DNA of 64,000 nt, from NCBI GenBank assembly GCA_048938445.1, contig JBHLME010000004.1, positions 1-64,000 on the forward strand, read 5' to 3'. The position numbers and the translations under genes were made by a program. Below are positions 11,283-20,610 of this stretch, one piece after another (positions within the stretch are counted from its first letter, which is position 1; every line of letters starts with the position of its first letter). The notes beneath the pieces were generated by a model. The model was not told the origin of the DNA. It made no database searches and worked only from the letters and a program-made list of their open reading frames with translations. This stretch comes from Promethearchaeota archaeon (GTDB taxonomy: Archaea > Asgardarchaeota > Lokiarchaeia > Sigyniarchaeales > SOKP01).

Positions 11283-11419
11283 TATTGAAACCTTATTGCG
11301 TGAATGAAAAATTCTTTACTTATCTATATTGTTATATTCCTTATTTACTCTTTTATGAACATGTCATAAGTTTTCTCAAAAAAATTATAGTATTTAATCA
11401 TTGTTGATTTCTTTATAAT

Positions 11420-12211
11420 ATGAGTAAATTAAGAAGAAAGTTAAGACAATATTTAAAATATTTAATCGAACGATACCCTCCAATTGGTAAATTTTTATCT
11501 ACTCGAATGAATGATGTTGAAGTCATATCATTACAAATTTTGAACTGGATTGATAAACACGTAGTAAAAAATTTTAAGATTCGTGTTATGAAAATTTTTA
11601 AAGGAATTTGGGGTTCGAGAGTTGTCCCTCTTAATTATAATATCGATGCTGAGACAAAATTTTTACCAAGGCAAGAAATATTTGAACTTATTAGTAGATC
11701 TGAAGTATTTGCGATTGGAGAATGTTATTGTCGAAAAAAGCATCAAAAAGAAACTGGGTGCACTCATCCAAGGAATACGTGCATCTTGATAAATGCACCC
11801 CAAGGAAAATCGCTTTATGATATTGGTGAGCGTGAAATCCTTTTTAAAAATGTCTCTAAAGATTATATTATCGCATTATTAGATTACTGCGATAAAAAGG
11901 GGTTAGTTCATCAACTCATTCATTTTCCTTCTCCAAATTATTTTTATGTTATTTGTAATTGTTGTATTTGCTGCTGTGAAATTCTCTCTAATTATAAAAA
12001 GTTCTTAACACCTGCAGTGGTAAAATCGGATTTTATTGAAATAACAGATACAGAAATTTGCATCAATTGCGGGAAGTGTGTAATTAATTGTCCCTTTGAA
12101 GCTAGAAAATTTAATAATAGCAGATTAATAGTAGATGAATTGAAATGTTTTGGATGTGGATTATGTATAAGAAAATGTCCACAAAATGCGATAAAATTAA
12201 CTAAACGTTAA
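11420..12211 (+). CDS. 4Fe-4S dicluster protein
   Basis: CYCR, ICNCCICCC and two CxxCxxCxxxCP motifs. Confidence 0.85.
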   Translation: MSKLRRKLRQYLKYLIERYPPIGKFLSTRMNDVEVISLQILNWIDKHVVKNFKIRVMKIFKGIWGSRVVPLNYNIDAETKFLPRQEIFELISRSEVFAIGECYCRKKHQKETGCTHPRNTCILINAPQGKSLYDIGEREILFKNVSKDYIIALLDYCDKKGLVHQLIHFPSPNYFYVICNCCICCCEILSNYKKFLTPAVVKSDFIEITDTEICINCGKCVINCPFEARKFNNSRLIVDELKCFGCGLCIRKCPQNAIKLTKR

Positions 12212-12534
12212 AAATCTTAAATTTTATGATCAGTTGGAAACCACTCACTATTAGTTTTATTTATTTTATAATTTCAAATTTATGCCCCTTCCCCTTATAC
12301 AGAAGATTTTAATTCTTATCTATATATTTATGAAAAATTCATAATGATTATTACTAATTTTAAAATTTTTCATACATTTTTAATAAATCCTGAATAATTA
12401 GAGCGTATTATTCATATTGGTTAATTAAAGTTCTCAAATAGACTTATATAGTGATTTACTTTACATTAAGTTAATAAAATCAAATAATTTTAATTTAAAA
12501 AAAAATAAATAGGAAAAAAGTAGGAAAAAAAAAT

Positions 12535-13734
12535 ATGACAGCAGCAGATACAGCATTTATACTTATTTGCACTGGTTTAGTATTTATCATGACGCCTGGT
12601 TTAGCGTTCTTCTATGGTGGATTGCTTCGTAAAAAAAATATGATCAATATGATGGCAATGTGCTTTGTTTCCATAGCGATTGTAAGCATAATATGGTATT
12701 TCATAGGATATAGTCTAGCTTTTGCCCCAGATGTGGGTGGTGGATTTATCGGGGGTGTTGACTTCTTTGGATTACTTGGAGTAGGCAGTGATCCTTATGC
12801 AAACTATTCGACGGAGATTCCTCATATGCTCTATATGGTCTTTCAATTAATGTTTGCGATTATTACCGTCGCGATTATTGCAAGCCCTTTCGCTGAACGT
12901 GTAAACTTCGCCGTATTTTGCATATTCATCTCCATATGGTTGATCATCGTCTACTCTCCAATTGCTCATTGGGTATGGGGTTTTGGAGGGTGGTTAAAAA
13001 CTTGGGGTGCTTTGGACTTTGCCGGTGGAACTGTCGTTCATATTAATGTTGGTTTTGCAGCACTTGCAATCGCTCTCGTGATTGGACCGAGAAAAGGATA
13101 TCAAAAAGAGCCAATGGAACCTTCTAACATCCCATATGTTCTTTTAGGAACGGGTTTATTATGGTTAGGATGGTTTGGGTTTAATGGAGGTAGTGCTTTA
13201 GCTGCAGATGGAACTGCCGTGTTAGCATTATTTAACACGCATTTAGCCGCATCAGGAGCAGCAATAGTATGGATGCTCATAGAATACTATAAGACTTCAA
13301 GATTTAGTACTTTAGGATTAGCTTCAGGAGCTTTAGCAGGACTCGTAGCTGTAACACCTGCAGCAGGTTTTGTTGAACCGTGGGCCGCTCTAAGTATAGG
13401 AGCAGTTTCAAGCGTTGTTTGCTTTTTCATACTTTCGATAAGATCTAAATCAAAAGTTGATGAATCATTGGATGCAATTTCCATACATGGAACAGGTGGT
13501 ATCATTGGTGCTATTTTGACGGGTGTCTTTGCAACCGTGGGTGCAAGTGGGCTACTTTTAGGTAATCCTGGACAAGTATGGATACAAATAGTTGGAGTCA
13601 TTGTAACATTAGCATATTCATTTGGTGTAACATTTGCATTAGCATGGGTATTGAACAAACTCTTAGGTTTCAGAGTACCTCAAGAAATCGAATATGTTGG
13701 TCTAGATGTCTCACTGCACGGAGAAAAAGCCTGA
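12535..13734 (+). CDS. amtB: Ammonium transporter
   Basis: MTPGLAFFYGG, DFAGGTVVH, GWFGFNGGS. Confidence 0.97.
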   Translation: MTAADTAFILICTGLVFIMTPGLAFFYGGLLRKKNMINMMAMCFVSIAIVSIIWYFIGYSLAFAPDVGGGFIGGVDFFGLLGVGSDPYANYSTEIPHMLYMVFQLMFAIITVAIIASPFAERVNFAVFCIFISIWLIIVYSPIAHWVWGFGGWLKTWGALDFAGGTVVHINVGFAALAIALVIGPRKGYQKEPMEPSNIPYVLLGTGLLWLGWFGFNGGSALAADGTAVLALFNTHLAASGAAIVWMLIEYYKTSRFSTLGLASGALAGLVAVTPAAGFVEPWAALSIGAVSSVVCFFILSIRSKSKVDESLDAISIHGTGGIIGAILTGVFATVGASGLLLGNPGQVWIQIVGVIVTLAYSFGVTFALAWVLNKLLGFRVPQEIEYVGLDVSLHGEKA

Positions 13735-13743
13735 GGTGATAAA

Positions 13744-13893
13744 ATGAGCCAAAATTCAAACTACATTAGAGCAAAAAATGATAATCAAAACCAAAAATAT
13801 TATGAACAATACTTGGCTTTCGGAGAAAAAAGAGCTGAAATGTTAAGACTGGAGATTCTATATCAAAAAATTTTGAAAAAATTTGAGGTGTAA
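13744..13893 (+). CDS. 49-aa small protein between amtB and glnK (not in ORF track)
   Basis: MSQNSNYIRAKNDNQNQKYYEQYLAFGEKRAEMLRLEILYQKILKKFEV; GAGGTGA SD at 13733-13739; fills the gap. Confidence 0.6.
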   Translation: MSQNSNYIRAKNDNQNQKYYEQYLAFGEKRAEMLRLEILYQKILKKFEV

Positions 13894-13895
13894 AT

Positions 13896-14237
13896 ATGAA
13901 AAAAATTGAATGTTTTATCCGACCAGAAAAATTGGAACCTGTAAAAGAAGGTTTATTTGAGAAGGATATTAAAGGCATGAGTATCTATGAAGTTAAGGGT
14001 CACGGAAGTCAGCGAGGTATAAAATTAGTCGGGAGATCTGGAGAATACTGCATACAATGGATTGATAAATTGAAATTGGAAATTGTAGTAAGTAGTGAAG
14101 TAAATATCGATGAAATTATTGATATAATAATTGAAAAAGCCCAAACTGGACAACCTGGTGATGGTAAAATCTTTATTACACCCGTAGAAAAAGCGATTAG
14201 AATCAGGACTAAAGAAACCGGCGAAACAATCCTATAG
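13896..14237 (+). CDS. glnK: P-II nitrogen regulatory protein
   Basis: MKKIECFIRPEKL, TGQPGDGKIF, IRIRTKE; in the amtB operon. Confidence 0.93.
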   Translation: MKKIECFIRPEKLEPVKEGLFEKDIKGMSIYEVKGHGSQRGIKLVGRSGEYCIQWIDKLKLEIVVSSEVNIDEIIDIIIEKAQTGQPGDGKIFITPVEKAIRIRTKETGETIL

Positions 14238-14585
14238 AGCTTATAAAATAAATATATAATTCTTAATCCTTTCATTTTTTTTATTTTTTAAAACTATCAT
14301 TCAATAAAAATTAGAGGTGGTTCATGAAAACAACTCGAAAAAACTAAAGTAATACTTTTTATTCTTGTATCTTACCCCTAAAAATTATTAATCCCATTTA
14401 CTTTTTTTTTAAATCTTGCTCCAAATTATTGGAAATATACTACAAAATAAGCTCATAATGTATAAATCATTATGATTGGAAAACTTCCTGAATTTTATGG
14501 ATATTTTCTATAATATGAAGTAGTTTTGTGAAAATGATTTTCCTAATTAATATGAATATTTATGTATGAAATAGAGAAATAAAGA

Positions 14586-14699
14586 TTATAGATTCTTTAA
14601 ATCATCTATTTTTGTATAAGTAATTACACTAGATTCTTCAATTTCAAGACTTTCTATTTCTTTTTCTGGTTCTCTACTTTTTTGTTCCATATTACTCAT
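14586..14699 (-). CDS. Possible 37-aa acidic small protein
   Basis: MSNMEQKSREPEKEIESLEIEESSVITYTKIDDLKNL; 14 nt after the 14714 ORF. Confidence 0.35.
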   Translation of the reverse strand: MSNMEQKSREPEKEIESLEIEESSVITYTKIDDLKNL

Positions 14700-14713
14700 C
14701 TTAATTCACAATT

Positions 14714-14956
14714 TTAATTATAAGTTAATTCTATTTTATTCACTACATCAAGTTTCTTTAACAAACCAATTTTATAGCCTAAATGATTATATTCTATTTT
14801 ATATATCTCTATTGAACCCGACCTTCCTTTGGTTAGATCCAATAGCGTTTCAACTAAATCATCCACCGATGTTCCCCTGATGATGGGAGTTTCTTGGCTC
14901 TCATCATCAAACCACATTACTTCAAAAAATACTTTATTTGTCCTTGAAGAACTCAT
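14714..14956 (-). CDS. Hypothetical protein
   Basis: 80 aa ORF, co-oriented downstream of glnA2. Confidence 0.65.
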   Translation of the reverse strand: MSSSRTNKVFFEVMWFDDESQETPIIRGTSVDDLVETLLDLTKGRSGSIEIYKIEYNHLGYKIGLLKKLDVVNKIELTYN

Positions 14957-14972
14957 TTTAATTTTTTTTCTT

Positions 14973-15575
14973 TTATTTAATAATCAATTTAAGCTTCGAT
15001 AATCCCTCTCTAATTTCCACATTGAATCCCATTTTAAAAAGAACTTCTTCCAAGAAAGTTTTTATAAAATTTTTCTGAATCTCGGAACCAAGCAATAGCG
15101 TATAGCGTTGAGACGTATCTTTTACAATTTTAAAAAAATTACATGCCTCCAAGCGCTCTATAACTCTTTCAACTGTTAAAAATTCAAATTGGTCTGAAAA
15201 TTCTTCCGCATGTGCAATCCCGATTGATTTGTTCATTTTCCAAAACTGATCTTGATCTGGAGATTCCTCAATAAACTTCAAGAAGGAAAGAAAATGATCA
15301 ACATCCAATATTATATGTTCTCCGTGAGAAAGTAAGTCTAAGTAAGTATTAATACGTTTTACTATACCATTTTTGCTGCTTCCAATTGTCTCTTTGAATT
15401 TATGATAAAATTGAATTGACTTTCTTATTATTTCTGATTGTGATTTATGTGATTCATCTTTTAATTCCAGTAATAAATTATGTGTCATATCATCCAAAGC
15501 TATGGTTATTCTATTATTTATCTTTCCATTTCCATTTGTTGCCACATTCACCACGTTTTTTATTAATCCCATCAT
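14973..15575 (-). CDS. RHH/CopG-type regulator with C-terminal effector domain
   Basis: RITIALD...SQSEIIRKSI N-terminus. Confidence 0.75.
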   Translation of the reverse strand: MMGLIKNVVNVATNGNGKINNRITIALDDMTHNLLLELKDESHKSQSEIIRKSIQFYHKFKETIGSSKNGIVKRINTYLDLLSHGEHIILDVDHFLSFLKFIEESPDQDQFWKMNKSIGIAHAEEFSDQFEFLTVERVIERLEACNFFKIVKDTSQRYTLLLGSEIQKNFIKTFLEEVLFKMGFNVEIREGLSKLKLIIK

Positions 15576-15640
15576 TTTTTTTCATTTTATTCTTACCCCT
15601 AAGAATCTTTTTTTATTAAATTTGTATTTATTAAATTAAT

Positions 15641-15808
15641 TTATGTGAATGTCGTTTCTTGTTTTTTAAAACAGGAGCAACAATAAAATTCAATATAATC
15701 TTTCTCCCATAATGATTCTAAATATTCTTGACCATGAGGATAATTTTTGAACATGAAATTTGTCCATGTCAGGATTTTTCCACATTTGTAACAATGTCTT
15801 TCCTTCAT
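15641..15808 (-). CDS. 55-aa zinc-finger protein
   Basis: CYKC...CCSC; start moved to ATG 15808 because the track ORF overlaps glnA. Confidence 0.7.
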   Translation of the reverse strand: MKERHCYKCGKILTWTNFMFKNYPHGQEYLESLWEKDYIEFYCCSCFKKQETTFT

Positions 15809-15885
15809 TTCTTCTTTTCGATGTTTTATTTCTTTAATAATAAAAAAAAATATAATTTCAATAAATATTTTTGATTTTGGACGTT

Positions 15886-17382
15886 TTAATAGTCCAGATA
15901 TTTCATTATTTCCCATGGAGTCACGTACAAACAGAATTGGTTCCATTCATTTCCCTTGAAATCTAAGAACGCATCATAGATATGGTTACCTAAGATGTCC
16001 TTGAAAAGATCATCACTTGCTAAAGCATCTAATGCATCTTTAAGCGTAGTTGGTAATTGTTTGATACCTTCAGCTTTCTTTTCTGTGGCGGACATCTCAT
16101 AAACATCCTTATCGACAGGATCGCCAGGATCAAGTTTTTTCTTGATACCATCCAAACCACAGCGTAAGATAGAGGCAAACGCAAAATATGGATTGCATGA
16201 AGGATCAACTCCACGATATTCAATACGCTTGCGTTTCTTGTATTTATCCCCTCTTAGATACATTGGTATGCGGATTAAAGCAGATCTGTTCCTTCGGCTG
16301 TAGAGAATGTTAATAGGTGCTTCAAAACCAGGAACTAACCGTTTATAAGAGTTAACCGTTGGACACGTGATAGCTGTCAAAGCTTCAGCATGTTCTAGCA
16401 ATCCTCCAATGTAATACCTTGCAACTTGGCTGATTTCAGCATATTCATCAGCAGGATCATAAAACGCATTTTCAGAACCCTTAAACAAGGAATTATGACA
16501 ATGCATCCCTGAAGCATTATCTAGATAGATTGGTTTGGGCATGAACGTCGCTATCCAGCCATAGGTTGCTGCAATATTTCTGGCAGCCAATTTATACACT
16601 TGTACTTTATCTGCAGTTTCAATTAAAGGACCATACCTGTAGTTGAGCTCGACTTGACCATGCGTTGCTACTTCGTGATGATGCATTTCAATAGTATAAC
16701 CCATTTCCTCTAAGGTTGAGGCAAGATCATTACGATAGGATGTTGTCGAATCTTCTGGAGGATTTCTAAAATAAGCTTCTTTTGGTCTTAGAATATACCT
16801 TCCATAACCTACATCAGGTGACTCCGGAGTGATCCTTGGTGGACCCCAACTGTCTCCTGCTCCTCCTTTGGGACTAACAAACAAGTCATAAGAGAGCCTG
16901 CTGGGATCTATTGATTTGAATACAAAGAATTCAATCTCGGGTCCAAAATAAGGGGTATATCCCATATCCTGGGCTAAATCTATGGCTCTTTGTGCTACAT
17001 AACCTCTCGGATCGCAATCAGCAGCTTCTATACTTCCAAAAGGTTCTCGAATATCTCCTATTATAACTGCTGTTTTTTGATTTCCCTCAGTCCAAGGCAA
17101 CACGTAAAGTGCATCTGGATTAGGATAAAATATCATATCACTTGTATGAAGTTCTTTGAAACCCCGAATACTTGAACCATCGAAACCAATACCCGTTTCA
17201 AAATATTGATCACCTTCTAAAAAGTGATGCGCGGGAGAGCTAAATGATTGAAAGATTCCCCTTATATCTGTAAACGCACATAACACGTATTTAACATGTT
17301 CTTTCCTTAAAAGACTTTTAGCGGCATCAACGGCATCTACACCTTTAGGTAAACCACCTGCAGTACTTTTTACTTCTGTCAT
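15886..17382 (-). CDS. glnA: Glutamine synthetase type I (beta-like, with insertion)
   Basis: FDGSSIRGF, HHHEVA, TFMPKP, NASGMHCH, SYKRLVPGFEAP. Confidence 0.95.
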   Translation of the reverse strand: MTEVKSTAGGLPKGVDAVDAAKSLLRKEHVKYVLCAFTDIRGIFQSFSSPAHHFLEGDQYFETGIGFDGSSIRGFKELHTSDMIFYPNPDALYVLPWTEGNQKTAVIIGDIREPFGSIEAADCDPRGYVAQRAIDLAQDMGYTPYFGPEIEFFVFKSIDPSRLSYDLFVSPKGGAGDSWGPPRITPESPDVGYGRYILRPKEAYFRNPPEDSTTSYRNDLASTLEEMGYTIEMHHHEVATHGQVELNYRYGPLIETADKVQVYKLAARNIAATYGWIATFMPKPIYLDNASGMHCHNSLFKGSENAFYDPADEYAEISQVARYYIGGLLEHAEALTAITCPTVNSYKRLVPGFEAPINILYSRRNRSALIRIPMYLRGDKYKKRKRIEYRGVDPSCNPYFAFASILRCGLDGIKKKLDPGDPVDKDVYEMSATEKKAEGIKQLPTTLKDALDALASDDLFKDILGNHIYDAFLDFKGNEWNQFCLYVTPWEIMKYLDY

Positions 17383-17418
17383 GATTTTAGTTATATTTTT
17401 AATTCAAAGTTATATTAA

Positions 17419-17470
17419 TTGTTATGATCAAATAGTGCATTCTCGTATATAAATATTATACTTTTGATTG
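17419..17470 (-). promoter_or_regulatory. glnA promoter with a conserved 23-bp element (copy 2)
   Basis: TTGTTATGATCAAATAGTGCATT at 17419-17441 followed by a TATA-like box. Confidence 0.65.
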
Positions 17471-17628
17471 CATTTTCATTATTGTGCTATTATTAATGAG
17501 CATAATATTTAAATTTCAATAAAAACTTGTTAACATAACACCAGAAAAAATGTATAACTTTATATCATAACGCATTTTTTTTAGCCTTAAAATAAACATT
17601 TGATATAGTTTATGTCCAAAAAATAACC

Positions 17629-18132
17629 ATGATCTTGGAAGAATCGGAATCGACAAAATTAGAAGAGGTAGACTTAGCAATCCTTGAAATTTTTAGTGAA
17701 GATGGGAGAGTTTCACTTCGGAAGCTTTCTGAAAGATTAGGGAAATCACCCTTGACGATAAAGAAACATGTGAAAAAGCTCGAAGAAGGAGGCGTCATAG
17801 AAGATTATGGGGTAACCATCAATTATGAAAAGCTCGGGTATAACATTATGGCATTAATCGAGGTTATGTTACACAAGGGGGTGATTATGGAATTTAAAAA
17901 GGAGGTTTCACTCCATCCGAACGTGTTTGCGGTGTATCAAATAGCTGATAGTTATGATGCCTTGCTCTTGGTAAAGCTACGATCGAGAGAGGAACTAAGC
18001 AATTTATTAGAGACAATCACCGGTTTTAAGAGCGTAATGAGGACGAATACGCACTTAGTTCTTAACGTGGTCAAGGAAGGAACTAATTTTGGAGAGCTCC
18101 TCGAGTTCATAAATGAACAAGGTAAAATTTAA
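17629..18132 (+). CDS. Lrp/AsnC family regulator (paralog of 9095)
   Basis: Shares KSPxTIKKHV and RTNTHL with the 9095 protein. Confidence 0.92.
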   Translation: MILEESESTKLEEVDLAILEIFSEDGRVSLRKLSERLGKSPLTIKKHVKKLEEGGVIEDYGVTINYEKLGYNIMALIEVMLHKGVIMEFKKEVSLHPNVFAVYQIADSYDALLLVKLRSREELSNLLETITGFKSVMRTNTHLVLNVVKEGTNFGELLEFINEQGKI

Positions 18133-18588
18133 TTTTTCCTAAATGATAATGAATCTTCTAAATATTAGTCTAATCTAGAATTAAAAGGATAAAAGATTAA
18201 AATTATAACACCCAAAAGATAAAATTGATGAACATAAAAAGAAAGTAAAAACCTATATATACAATTTTTTAATTTCTAAGAGCATGGGGATTAAGAAAAT
18301 GAGAACCTTATTTACAAAGCAATTCTTCAGAATATAGATGCCAGATGTTATCTCGTTGCTCTTTTGCTTGTAATTGTAATTCTTCATTTAACCAAATTCT
18401 AAATTTAATTTTTTCTAGTATGTCTTCCAATCTTAGGTCATACATTATCTCTATGTCCGACATAATTACTAGAATTCTATTGAAAATTTAAATGTGCTCT
18501 CTATAATCTATAAATAATATATATGGTATTAGCGGATTAATATAAATTATTATCTGATTAATAATAACAAAATATGAATTATGAAGAA

Positions 18589-19512
18589 TTATATCCAAAA
18601 TTTGATACTCTCAAGCTCGTTTAATATGAGATCGTGAATTTCCCCATTAGATGCAATTAATCCCGGTGTGTTACATATCATGTGTTCTGCATTAAATTGT
18701 AATTCCTTTCCGTTCAAATCCGTTATTTTTCCTCCCGCTTCCTTCATAAGTAAATATCCTGGTGCAAAATCCCAAGAAAAAGAATGATTTTTATCAATTG
18801 GTTTTATATATAAATCTGCCTTTCCATCAGCGACCATACAAAATTTTGCCATGCTATCAATTTGAATCAACTCCTTGAATCCAATTTTTTTAGCAAATTT
18901 CACGACCCAGGGTTCGTCATAATGTAATGAATGACACATTTTTATCTGATTCAAGTCATCTTGCTGGTTTACTTGTATTGATTTAAATTTAGATCCGCTT
19001 ATTGAACAATAAGCACCTTTCTCTTTTTCAGCAATAAAGATTGTGTTGGATCTATCATTATAACGTGGCACTCCAATTACACACATTCTTGGATCATTAT
19101 CTATCATAAAACTAACTCCAATAGCATAAACAAGTCCACTGGAAAACCCTTCAGTGCCATCAATCGGATCAATTGTCCATTGTCTATGTGAATCAATACC
19201 TTTATGACCCATCAATTCATTAATATCGAGAGAATCGTTTAATCCGACCTCATGAAAACATCTTTTTATTATTTTTTCAGTTGTTTCATCTATGAATTCC
19301 TGGTCTTCTTCAGCAATAATCATGTCTTCGGGATAATTTTCTTTAATCCTGGATACTATGAGAATCTGAGAAGCAAGATCCGCATGAGTAACTGGAGTTG
19401 TATCCTGTTTTCTATAAATCTTAAAACCTTCTTTTTGAAACCATTCTGTTACTCTCATCGCATCCTTGATTGCATCAATTATTTTTTCAGTTTTTTGCGA
19501 GTATTTTGACAT
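18589..19512 (-). CDS. Inositol monophosphatase / 3',5'-bisphosphate nucleotidase family
   Basis: PVTHAD, AEE, WTIDPIDGT, WDFAPG, EAGG. Confidence 0.9.
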   Translation of the reverse strand: MSKYSQKTEKIIDAIKDAMRVTEWFQKEGFKIYRKQDTTPVTHADLASQILIVSRIKENYPEDMIIAEEDQEFIDETTEKIIKRCFHEVGLNDSLDINELMGHKGIDSHRQWTIDPIDGTEGFSSGLVYAIGVSFMIDNDPRMCVIGVPRYNDRSNTIFIAEKEKGAYCSISGSKFKSIQVNQQDDLNQIKMCHSLHYDEPWVVKFAKKIGFKELIQIDSMAKFCMVADGKADLYIKPIDKNHSFSWDFAPGYLLMKEAGGKITDLNGKELQFNAEHMICNTPGLIASNGEIHDLILNELESIKFWI

Positions 19513-19704
19513 TATAATTCATTCATTTACTTGTTCTAAGATATTAAAAATTGAGTTGCATTATAAACTTGACCTCTATATAATGTATGCACATGAGATA
19601 TTATATTAAATAGGTCTTCAAGTGAAAATTTATATATATGTATTAATTCAATTTTTTATCATATTGTTCAATTAATAGGTTAAAAATTGTAGAAGGGGAA
19701 AGCT

Positions 19705-20568
19705 ATGGAGTTTAAGAGGTATAGAAAATGGATTTTCTTATATTTTGGAGTGTTGGTTTTTATAATAATACTTATAGTAATACAGGTGATTCTGTACAAT
19801 TATCCCTCAGATTATAATATCACAACAAACAATCTCATGTTAGATTTTTTAATTCTTTTTATTTTGGTCTCCATTTTTTCCACGATAGGCGGCATTTTTC
19901 TCGGTTATTTATTTGGACCTTTATATTTATGGTTTCATGAAAAATTAATAGGAAAAAAGATGCTCTATGGTTTCAGATCTAAACCAAATTCTGAAAAATT
20001 GAAGGGTATATTTACAAAGTTATTTTTTCCAGCCTTGATGGTAATGAACTTTAGTTTTTTACTTTATGACAATCCAATTCTTAGAAATATCCTCATAGAT
20101 CCAGATACCTCTTTTGGATTAGATAGGCTCATGGTTATTACTTGGCTTTTTCCATGGTTTTCTATAGTCGGGTTAGGTTTTTTTTCAGGAGCTTATTTTT
20201 TAAACGATGCGGGAATTATTTATTCTAATAAGAACAAAGTGAGAAATGATGTAAGTCCAGTAGAACTTAGAAGTGTTGGTAATTGGTACATTCAATTCCT
20301 CAAAGGTTATGCGGGTATTGCGGTCTTTTTAAACCTTTATGAGCTTATTACAAGTATGGTTAATGCTCTTAATCAACCTGGACAATTAATTATAATAATA
20401 ATATTTTTAATTTCTTGGCCATTCATGCCCTTTATATTGGCATTTCTAATGATCCCTGCAATAATTGGATTAGATCTCACGTTTGAGAGAAGAAAAAAAT
20501 ACATGTTAAAATATGCTGAGAAGAGAGGTATAAAAGGAATGATTGATGACCCATTAGATCTAAAATAA
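19705..20568 (+). CDS. Multi-pass membrane hypothetical protein
   Basis: About 6 hydrophobic segments. Confidence 0.7.
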   Translation: MEFKRYRKWIFLYFGVLVFIIILIVIQVILYNYPSDYNITTNNLMLDFLILFILVSIFSTIGGIFLGYLFGPLYLWFHEKLIGKKMLYGFRSKPNSEKLKGIFTKLFFPALMVMNFSFLLYDNPILRNILIDPDTSFGLDRLMVITWLFPWFSIVGLGFFSGAYFLNDAGIIYSNKNKVRNDVSPVELRSVGNWYIQFLKGYAGIAVFLNLYELITSMVNALNQPGQLIIIIIFLISWPFMPFILAFLMIPAIIGLDLTFERRKKYMLKYAEKRGIKGMIDDPLDLK

Positions 20569-20610
20569 TCAATCAAATTGATAGAATCTTAAAATATATT
20601 TAGGTGCCTA

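Noticed and set aside
12329-12343. TATGAAAAATTCATA upstream of amtB
   Set aside because: 3 bp shorter than the island operator and AT-rich; not counted
14323-14346. GAGGTGG SD plus ATG (MKTTRKN)
   Set aside because: Only 7 codons; at most a remnant
18283-18403. Short frames after the second Lrp gene
   Set aside because: 17-codon ORF and a start-less hydrophobic frame with no recognisable motif
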